Origin: a virus
Lineage: Duplodnaviria; Caudoviricetes
DNA length: 64,000 bases
IMG/VR virus record: IMGVR_UViG_2595698890_000001
Span: 1 to 64,000 of that record
Strand: one strand, 5' to 3'
Shown here one piece after another: positions 57,103 through 64,000 of the stretch. Positions within the stretch are counted from its first letter, which is position 1. The number at the start of each line of letters is the position of its first letter. A program made the position numbers and the translations under genes. The notes under the pieces are model-generated. The model was not told where the DNA came from, searched no databases, and worked only from the letters and a program-made list of their open reading frames with translations.

Positions 57103-58215
57103 ATGACAGAAACAAGACGCCGCCGTACTAAAGCTGTTGAGAAGGACGAGGCTAAGAAGCCACGTACACGCCGCTCAAAAGCTCCAGAAACGGCTTCAGA
57201 AGAAAAACCGAAGGAACGTGCGAACGCGTACTTCGTATCCACGGAGAAAGGCGTGGAGGGCTTTTCTACCGGGTGTTGTTTGTTCGACCAAGCCCTAGGT
57301 GGTATCGGGTGGGCTACCCGTCGTATCATCAACATCGTAGGTGACAAATCGACTGGTAAGACACTCTTAGCCATCGAAGGTATGATCAACTTCCACCGCA
57401 CCTTCATCGATCAGAACCCGCGTATCATTTACAAGGAGTGTGAATCCGCGTTCGACGAGCCGTACGCAGCTGCTCTAGGCTTACCACTGGACGACATCGA
57501 GGTAGACGACGACCTTGATACCGTGGAAGACATGTACGAAGACATCGAGCGCATCGTTATGGAAGCAGAGCGAGACCCGCGCCCTATACTGTACATCGTG
57601 GATAGCTTGGATGGTCTAAGTGACCGCGCGGAACAGGGTCGTAAGATTGACGAAGCCAGCTATGGTCAGGATAAGGCTAAGAAGCTTTCAGAGTTCTTCC
57701 GTAAGAAGAAGAAGGTGATGTCTAAGGCTAACATTACTTTACTAATAGTAAGCCAGATTCGTGATAACATTAACGCCGCTGCCTTTGGTAAAAAGTCAAA
57801 GCGCTCAGGCGGCAAGGCTTTGGACTTTTATTGTAGTCAAGTAGTGTGGCTAGCAAACCTAGGCAAAGTGACTAAGGCTGTCAAAGGCAAGAAGCGTATC
57901 GTTGGGGTAGACATCCGAGCAGCTATCGAGAAGAACAAGGTGGGCAACCCATTCCGCACCGCCGATTACCCGATAATTTTTGGGTATGGCTGTGATGACA
58001 TCTACGCTTCCGTTGAGTGGCTACAGTCAAACGTGGGCTGGGATGTGCTTGAGGACCTAGGCTTCAAGAAGACCACCTACAAAGCTATGTGCGCTAAGAT
58101 CCGCGATAAAGGTGGTGTAGAGGCTAAGGAGTTACGGGAGAAGCTGAACGCCTTAGTAATCCACCACTGGCAAGAGATAGAGCTAGATCTTATGCCTCAA
58201 AGCAGCAAGTATTAA
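57103..58215 (+). CDS. recA: RecA/UvsX-like recombinase
   Basis: STG...D.ALG.G, G.KSTGKT, IVDS, SQIRD, GG.AL.FY.S, KNKV..PFR. Confidence 0.92.
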   Translation: MTETRRRRTKAVEKDEAKKPRTRRSKAPETASEEKPKERANAYFVSTEKGVEGFSTGCCLFDQALGGIGWATRRIINIVGDKSTGKTLLAIEGMINFHRTFIDQNPRIIYKECESAFDEPYAAALGLPLDDIEVDDDLDTVEDMYEDIERIVMEAERDPRPILYIVDSLDGLSDRAEQGRKIDEASYGQDKAKKLSEFFRKKKKVMSKANITLLIVSQIRDNINAAAFGKKSKRSGGKALDFYCSQVVWLANLGKVTKAVKGKKRIVGVDIRAAIEKNKVGNPFRTADYPIIFGYGCDDIYASVEWLQSNVGWDVLEDLGFKKTTYKAMCAKIRDKGGVEAKELREKLNALVIHHWQEIELDLMPQSSKY

Positions 58216-58234
58216 CTTTAGTAAAGGAGGCGGT

Positions 58235-58747
58235 ATGCCTATTCAAGTTGCAACTAAGAAACCAGTCCCGGTACAGTTCGTAGTGTGGAAGGGGGATAAC
58301 CTAAAAGAAGTGCTCGACTTCACAGGTAAGCATCCGAAGTTTGACGAGTGGTTCGACAGCTTTGAAGACTTCCAACGCCACGTGCAAGCAGACGGCTGCA
58401 TCTTCAAAATCCTTACTAAAGAAGGTACTATGAAGGCGCTAGTGGGTGACTACATCATCCGTGGTGTTAAAGGCGAGCATTACCCATGCAAACCAGAAAT
58501 CTTCCTTCAGACCTACGAGATTGGGCTGAAGCCTGAGATGAGCACTTCAGAGATCCAGATTGCCTTGCAGAAGTGTGATGGATACGGTGAGTGGATGCTT
58601 AACTGGGTAGCGGTAGAGTACGTAGGAAACGAGTTCCAGCGTATCCCGGTGTTTATCTGCTACCACCCAGACGAGACGCCGTTCTTCGCCTCGTCCGACC
58701 CACAGCTAGCGGTACGAGCTTTCGCAAAGTACCCATACAAGGGATAA
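58235..58747 (+). CDS. conserved phage protein (paralog family domain)
   Basis: KKPV.V....W.G.N..E ... T.EG.M.A..GDYII.GV.GE.YPCKP.IF..TYE. Confidence 0.8.
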   Translation: MPIQVATKKPVPVQFVVWKGDNLKEVLDFTGKHPKFDEWFDSFEDFQRHVQADGCIFKILTKEGTMKALVGDYIIRGVKGEHYPCKPEIFLQTYEIGLKPEMSTSEIQIALQKCDGYGEWMLNWVAVEYVGNEFQRIPVFICYHPDETPFFASSDPQLAVRAFAKYPYKG

Positions 58748-58796
58748 CTTTAGTAAACTAGGGGACTTCGGTCCCCTTCATACATTGGAGACCAGC

Positions 58797-59387
58797 ATGA
58801 TCGAAGAAGACCTGTACATGGGCTTAGACTGCTCCCTAAACAACTCGGGCATTACGATCTTTGGTAAGCAAACAGGATACATCTATGAGAGCATCAAGCC
58901 TAAGTGCCAAGGGTATGAGCGCCTTGCTTTTATCCACGATAGTCTTACTAAAATACTCGATAAATACCCGAACATCAAAGGAGCTAACATCGAGCGGTAT
59001 GCCTACGGCAAGGGCGGTGATAATAAGTCCAATGCCGGGATGGTATTCAACATCGGTGAAGGCGGTGGCGTCGTGCGACTGGCGTTATTTTCGAAGCAAA
59101 TACCTGTCCTCCTCACTAGCCCGAATACTGGGAAGAAGTACGCTACTGGAAAGGGTACAGGCGGCAAGGAAATAATCCTGAAGGAAGTGTACAAACGCTT
59201 CGGAGAGGACCTTAACGACGACAACCTCGCCGACGCTTTAGTAATGGCACGTATAGCTTACCACTGGTTTACAGATGACTACGAAGGTCTTACTAAGGCT
59301 CAGATAGAAGCGGTAAAAGCTGCCTCTCTCGAATACGAGCCGCCTAAGCCTAAGAGTCGCCGCAAAAGGAGAGTAACTAAGAAATGA
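58797..59387 (+). CDS. ruvC: RuvC-like Holliday junction resolvase
   Basis: GLD.SL..SG, IE.Y, E.GG, P...KK.ATGKG...K, DDN.ADA. Confidence 0.88.
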   Translation: MIEEDLYMGLDCSLNNSGITIFGKQTGYIYESIKPKCQGYERLAFIHDSLTKILDKYPNIKGANIERYAYGKGGDNKSNAGMVFNIGEGGGVVRLALFSKQIPVLLTSPNTGKKYATGKGTGGKEIILKEVYKRFGEDLNDDNLADALVMARIAYHWFTDDYEGLTKAQIEAVKAASLEYEPPKPKSRRKRRVTKK

Positions 59388-60379
59388 ATCGCCTGATTTG
59401 CGCGGATACTCATTTCACACCAAAGCCCCTAGACGAGTACCGTTGGGGGCTTTTTGAGTATCTGAAGAAGTGGTGTGTTAAGTACGAGGTAGACGAGCTT
59501 TGGATCTTAGGAGATATGACCGACGCTAAAGAAGGTCACAATGCTGAGTTCGTCAACCGTTTAGTAAACTGCATCTCGGAGCTCGCGGAGGTAGTTCCGG
59601 TATATATCTTGAGAGGAAATCATGATTACGCTGTTTCACACTGCGCCTTCTTTGAATTTTTACGCAAGCTGCCTAATGTGTATTGGATTGACCGCCCTAC
59701 TACTGTGTACGGCGTTCGCTGCTTTCCACACAGCAAGAACCCTGCGGAAGATTGGAAGACGCTGTTGGACGACCTTGACGAGTACGATTACGCGTTTTTC
59801 CACCAGTGCTTTGTTGGATCGAAATCAAGCCTAGGTCATATACTAGAGGGGACCGACCTAGACCTTACTAAACTTAAACACTGTAAAGTCTACGCCGGGG
59901 ACATCCACCTACCGCAAACTGTTCGCGGTATCGAGTACGTGGGAAGTCCTTACCCTACCACTTACGGGGACCGCTTCCTTGGTCGATGTCTGTTGGAAAC
60001 GCCAGAAGGTAGAATCCAGCTGCACTACCCTACGATCCAGAAATGCACCCTAGTGGTAGGGTCCGTGCCGGAGATTTACGAGGCTCACCTTTACCCGGGA
60101 GACCAAGTTAAGATCCGCTACAAGATTAGTAAGAAGGACCGTGCTGAGTGGACTAACATCAAGAACACCATCAAAGCCGCTTGCGATGACTTGGGAGTAG
60201 TGCTTGGTGGCGTTGAGCTCATCACAGACGTGGTTGAAAAGGTTGAGCCGAAGGAGAGTTCATCTGAAGTGCTAAAAGCCTCAGAGAGCTCCATCCTGAA
60301 GCAATTCGCAGTAAAAGAAGACCTGCCGGACGACTACTTAAACACAGGGCTTATAATTCTCCGGGAGGGTGAGCTATGA
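59384..60379 (+). CDS. Mre11/SbcD-like metallophosphoesterase nuclease
   Basis: ADTH, LGD, GNHD, GDIH, YVGSP. Confidence 0.92.
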   Translation: MNRLICADTHFTPKPLDEYRWGLFEYLKKWCVKYEVDELWILGDMTDAKEGHNAEFVNRLVNCISELAEVVPVYILRGNHDYAVSHCAFFEFLRKLPNVYWIDRPTTVYGVRCFPHSKNPAEDWKTLLDDLDEYDYAFFHQCFVGSKSSLGHILEGTDLDLTKLKHCKVYAGDIHLPQTVRGIEYVGSPYPTTYGDRFLGRCLLETPEGRIQLHYPTIQKCTLVVGSVPEIYEAHLYPGDQVKIRYKISKKDRAEWTNIKNTIKAACDDLGVVLGGVELITDVVEKVEPKESSSEVLKASESSILKQFAVKEDLPDDYLNTGLIILREGEL

Positions 60380-62232
60380 GTTTGCATTTACTAAATATCC
60401 GTGGAGAGAAGTTCAAGAGCTTTGTGGAGCCCTTCGATTTCTGCCTAAACCGACAGCCGGGGTTGTACCTACTGCGGGGTGATAACGTAGCCGAGCCGAG
60501 CCTAGGTGGTAACGGTGTTGGTAAGTCTACCATCTGGGACGCACTATTCTGGGCATTCACCGGGACGACGTTGCGTAACCTGAAGAACACAGACGTGAAG
60601 CCTTGGGGAACATCTGGAAGTACTTGGGTGGAGTTCCAAGCGTGTTTGGATGAGGACCTGATCACGGTACGCCGCCAGACATCACCGAACGCGTTGACTA
60701 TCGAGTCTGACAACCACCAGACAGGACCACAGGACATCTCTACAGAGGAGTTACTAAGATTCTTCAACATGGATGAAACCCAGCTCTTGCACTCTCTGAT
60801 TGTCGGTCAGTTTGGGACATTCTTCTTTGATATGCTCCCGGCTAAGAAGCAGGAACTCTTCTCATCCATCTTGTCGCTCGATGTCTGGATCAGCCGCAGT
60901 AAAGTAGCTGGTCAGATGGTTAAGGACATGAAGAACGCCCTCCAGCTGGCAGAGGTCGAGTACGGTAAGCTTGAGTCTGCGCTGGCTACGCTTGGTAAGG
61001 TAGGATACGAGGGAGATGCCGACCAGTGGGAAGAGGAGCACGCCATCGAGCTTGAGGAGTGGGAAGCCACTATCGAACGTCTAAAGCACGAGCTTGGCAC
61101 TAAGGACATTAGTAAGATTGATAAGGACCGTACGTGGGCTGAGCAATTACTAAATGACGTAGAGAGCACCCTCCGGGAGATGAAGCGAGAGATCGATAAC
61201 CTGAAGGAAGACATCCGGGAAGTAGAAGCAGACAAGCGGGACGCCGACAATGCCATCGAGGACATGCTCAAGGACTTGGCTGTGACTATGGATCAAGGTG
61301 AGTGCTCATACTGCGGGCATGGTGTATCTGACAACGAGATAGACCGTCTGGAGAGCAGCACCCGAGTAAAAGTTGACGAGCTTGAGGATAAGATCGACAG
61401 CCTTATTGACGAGGGCAAAGAGCTGCAAAAGGACTTGAAGCCTAAGCAGGACTACTACGAGGACCAGCAGCGTGAGCGCGAGGGACTACTAGACAAGCTT
61501 AGTAAATTAGACTCGGAAGCCCGTATGGTTTCACAGGACAGGAAGCGTATCGAGCGCGAGCTACGCCACGCTGAAGGGTCCTACGATAAACTACTACGGA
61601 CAGAGAACCCTTGGGCTAAGCTGCGAGATGATAACGAGTCCGATGCAATCGAATTAGGTGCAAAGATTATCGAGTGTAACGAGACTATTAGTAACCTGAA
61701 TACAGCGATAGCACGTACTCAGTACTGGGTGAAAGGATTCAAGGACGTACGCTTGTTCATGATCGATAACTACCTTGTGGACCTAGAAGTGGAGGTCAAT
61801 AACTCCATCAAGCAGCTGGGATTAGATGGCTGGCGTATAGAGTTCTCCGTAGATAGGGAGACCCAGCGCGGTACGATCAAGAAAGGATTCGAGGTCTACG
61901 TGTACTCACCACGCAATACTAAGCCTGTTAAGTGGGAGTGCTGGAGTGGGGGCGAATCCTCACGACTTAAACTGGCGGGCGAGCTAGGGCTTATGGAGAT
62001 GATCTTCACGGCTACCGGGCAGGAACCTAACATCGAGGTGTTTGACGAGCCGACTAGCTTTATGTCCCCAGAAGGTATCGAAGACCTTCTAGAGCTACTG
62101 CGAGAGCGTGCTTTACTAAAGCAGAAGCAGATTTATATAATCGACCACCACTCGATCAACTTCGGAGGATTCGAGGGTGTGATCACCATTCAACGCGATA
62201 ACCTAGGAAGTCGCATACTGGAGACCAGATAA
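60376..62232 (+). CDS. Rad50/SbcC-like ABC ATPase
   Basis: NGVGKST, coiled coil with CSYC hook, SGGE signature, FDEP, IDH. Confidence 0.93.
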   Translation: MSLHLLNIRGEKFKSFVEPFDFCLNRQPGLYLLRGDNVAEPSLGGNGVGKSTIWDALFWAFTGTTLRNLKNTDVKPWGTSGSTWVEFQACLDEDLITVRRQTSPNALTIESDNHQTGPQDISTEELLRFFNMDETQLLHSLIVGQFGTFFFDMLPAKKQELFSSILSLDVWISRSKVAGQMVKDMKNALQLAEVEYGKLESALATLGKVGYEGDADQWEEEHAIELEEWEATIERLKHELGTKDISKIDKDRTWAEQLLNDVESTLREMKREIDNLKEDIREVEADKRDADNAIEDMLKDLAVTMDQGECSYCGHGVSDNEIDRLESSTRVKVDELEDKIDSLIDEGKELQKDLKPKQDYYEDQQREREGLLDKLSKLDSEARMVSQDRKRIERELRHAEGSYDKLLRTENPWAKLRDDNESDAIELGAKIIECNETISNLNTAIARTQYWVKGFKDVRLFMIDNYLVDLEVEVNNSIKQLGLDGWRIEFSVDRETQRGTIKKGFEVYVYSPRNTKPVKWECWSGGESSRLKLAGELGLMEMIFTATGQEPNIEVFDEPTSFMSPEGIEDLLELLRERALLKQKQIYIIDHHSINFGGFEGVITIQRDNLGSRILETR

Positions 62233-62849
62233 TGCTAAATTTTACTGTTAGTAAAACTAACCTGATTATGTTCCCGTGGGTTCGTAACACACTCGTAGCG
62301 GAAGACACACAGCCTTGTATCAGCGGCGTGTTTAACGTTAAGTTTGTGCTCAACGCAGAGTCTCAATCGGACTCGGAAGAGATTGTGGACCACTCATTCA
62401 TCGACGCCTATGCGGGCATGATCGCGGACTTGTTCCGTGATACTAACATCGTGTGGGATAAGGACGAGGCTGGGCGTACGGTGGCGAAGTCCATCCACGA
62501 GTCTTACCCTCGCACTCGAATCCTGACAACGCCGTACAACCCTACTATGGAGAACGTAGCCGGGATGTTCTACGCGATTATGCACCGCGTGCTGTGTGCT
62601 AGTAACTTTACTAACTCGGAAGACCCGGACCTATGCCTTGTGTCTGTAGTGCTGGAAGACGTAACACGTGGGCATTCGGCTGAGTGTACGCAGTGGGCGC
62701 ACGAGGGGCGCTACATGAAGAACGGTGCACAATTCCATTGGACGGAATCCATCACGGACTTATCTGAGTTTGACGTGGTATCACTTTTTACTGAGGACGT
62801 TCGTATAGGTGTTCCAGTAGCAGGTACTACGGTAGACAAGTATGAGTAG
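62232..62849 (+). CDS. QueD/PTPS-like T-fold protein, catalytically degenerate
   Basis: IVD.S.I, NPT.EN.A, L.SV.L.D pattern of QueD; N-terminal His/Cys ligands absent. Confidence 0.6.
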   Translation: MLNFTVSKTNLIMFPWVRNTLVAEDTQPCISGVFNVKFVLNAESQSDSEEIVDHSFIDAYAGMIADLFRDTNIVWDKDEAGRTVAKSIHESYPRTRILTTPYNPTMENVAGMFYAIMHRVLCASNFTNSEDPDLCLVSVVLEDVTRGHSAECTQWAHEGRYMKNGAQFHWTESITDLSEFDVVSLFTEDVRIGVPVAGTTVDKYE

Positions 62850-63201
62850 CCAAGAATTACAAATTAACGATGTCGTGGAAGTGGTGGTTACGTCTAACCA
62901 CTTCCTTGAGATGTTTAACAAGGTGGGTCGTATAACCAAGAAGCACGGCTCATTTTACTGGGTAAAGTTCAAGTTTAATTTTAGTAACGACAATAAGCAT
63001 TTACACGTTTACGACCAAGTAGACTTTGGACCTTTCAGCATCAACCAACTAAAACTATTGGAGAAATCAGAAAATGACTCAAGCAGCGAAGAAAGTACTA
63101 AGCCTGTCGCAAATCGTAGGAAAGTTCGCCGGGTGCGTAATCGAATTGAACCGCAACCAGTTCCCCGCCCAACTAGAAGGCGTCGTGCAAGACTTAACTA
63201 A
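62842..63201 (+). CDS. small SH3/KOW-like protein with Arg-rich tail
   Basis: INDVVEV...KVGRI......Y.VKF ... F...QL. Confidence 0.5.
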   Translation: MSSQELQINDVVEVVVTSNHFLEMFNKVGRITKKHGSFYWVKFKFNFSNDNKHLHVYDQVDFGPFSINQLKLLEKSENDSSSEESTKPVANRRKVRRVRNRIEPQPVPRPTRRRRARLN

Positions 63202-64000
63202 CCACTTTAAGTTTTTCTCGCAGAACCTAGGCGGCGTAGACATGGTGGATTACAGTCGTAGTGAGTTCTACGACTTACTAGAGGAGTACTTGAACCAAGA
63301 TACTCGTTGTTGGGAATGGAACAAGCCGGACGGTGATGGGCACTTTATTGACCTTACTGCGCTAGTGCAGAACGTAACCTACGAGTTGTACGGTCCGACT
63401 TCTACAGTTCATGAAGTACCGCCGAAGAATGACTACAGCCGACTAGACAGTTTCGATAGTAAGAAGACTGTTAAGGCTGCGGTAATTGCGGCATTCTCGG
63501 TAGAGCGTCGTGAAGTAGAAGTGTGCATCGAAGGTGACGACACTAACCCGATTGAAGTAATCAAAGTAACTGACGACTTCTTCGCACGCTCACTGCCTGT
63601 AGCTGGTCAATCTGTTTTAGTAATCTATGAGAACGGCTACCAGTCACACAGCCCGTTAGACGTGTTTACTAAAGGCTATGACCGTGCGTTCGCAATCAAC
63701 GACCCGGCAACTACGATGCCTACACACGCTTACGTAGAGAGCTGCCTAGGCACCTTGTCACAAGACTACTTTGAGCCGGATGCGACGATCATCAACTGCA
63801 TGAAAGAGTTCATCATTAGCGGCAACGTTCTAGATGGCTACAAGAAGTCTACTTTCTATGGGCGTGAGCGTCCAGTCGTGGATCTGGCGGAGAAGTTGGA
63901 GATCGCGGATATTGCAGACTGGCGTCGTCTTGAGCGTAAAGAACAAGCCTTGTTCCACGCGGTGATCGGTATGGCTACTGAGAGTACGGAGCTGGTAGAG
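63074..64000 (+). CDS. multidomain protein with MazG-like nucleotide pyrophosphohydrolase domain (3' truncated by window)
   Basis: My translation: MTQAAKK...KTVKAA...YENGYQSHSPLDVFTKGY...LDGYKKSTFYG...LFHAVIGMATESTELVE; GGAG RBS; absent from ORF track because there is no stop. Confidence 0.7.
   Translation, partial: MTQAAKKVLSLSQIVGKFAGCVIELNRNQFPAQLEGVVQDLTNHFKFFSQNLGGVDMVDYSRSEFYDLLEEYLNQDTRCWEWNKPDGDGHFIDLTALVQNVTYELYGPTSTVHEVPPKNDYSRLDSFDSKKTVKAAVIAAFSVERREVEVCIEGDDTNPIEVIKVTDDFFARSLPVAGQSVLVIYENGYQSHSPLDVFTKGYDRAFAINDPATTMPTHAYVESCLGTLSQDYFEPDATIINCMKEFIISGNVLDGYKKSTFYGRERPVVDLAEKLEIADIADWRRLERKEQALFHAVIGMATESTELVE

Larger units (their letters stand above)
229..63672. repeat. Dispersed, highly iterated pseudo-palindrome TTASTAA (often WTTASTAAW)
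   Basis: About 220 copies counted by eye across the window, roughly one per 290 bp; TTACTAA and TTAGTAA are reverse complements. Confidence 0.95.

Noticed and set aside
198-62585. Numerous minus-strand ORFs in the track (e.g. 23120..23920, 27498..28061, 14748..15254)
   Set aside because: All lie antisense to well-supported + strand genes and lack RBS or motifs; they are shadow ORFs
229-63672. TTASTAA copies as a CRISPR array or tandem repeat
   Set aside because: Only 7-9 bp, irregular spacing, embedded in coding sequence, no spacer structure and no cas genes
229-63672. Identity of TTACTAA with the yeast Yap1 bZIP site
   Set aside because: Genome is clearly a bacteriophage and no bZIP protein is evident; treated as coincidence
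1-64000. Lysogeny module or diversity-generating retroelement
   Set aside because: No integrase, CI/Cro divergent pair, reverse transcriptase or template/variable repeat pair visible in this window

Overview
The window is 64 kb of a tailed dsDNA bacteriophage genome with siphovirus-type morphogenesis genes, and essentially all credible genes lie on the + strand. A Vibrio or related host is inferred from a close homologue of Vibrio-type ThyA and an AphA-like regulator. Gene order: a GACC-periodic leader; early/accessory genes (HNH, a paralogous small-domain family including a DUF2829/Tad2 fusion and a BRCT fusion, AphA-like PadR regulator, DNA methyltransferase, a stand-alone fibre/C1q-like cluster, stand-alone ligase-Ia domain); packaging and head genes; tail genes with a -1 frameshifted chaperone; the lysis cassette; and a large replication/recombination block (initiator, DnaC-like loader, 5'-3' exonuclease, DnaB-like and SNF2 helicases, primase, beta clamp, UDG-PolA fusion, ThyA, clamp loader, UvsY-like, SSB, TMK, RecA, RuvC, SbcD/SbcC, degenerate QueD, truncated MazG fusion). 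The most striking unexplained signal is the pseudo-palindrome TTA(C/G)TAA. I counted about 220 copies by eye against about 8 expected; they occur inside genes, between RBS and start codons, and next to promoters. Protein calls rest on motif recognition only; no database search was run.
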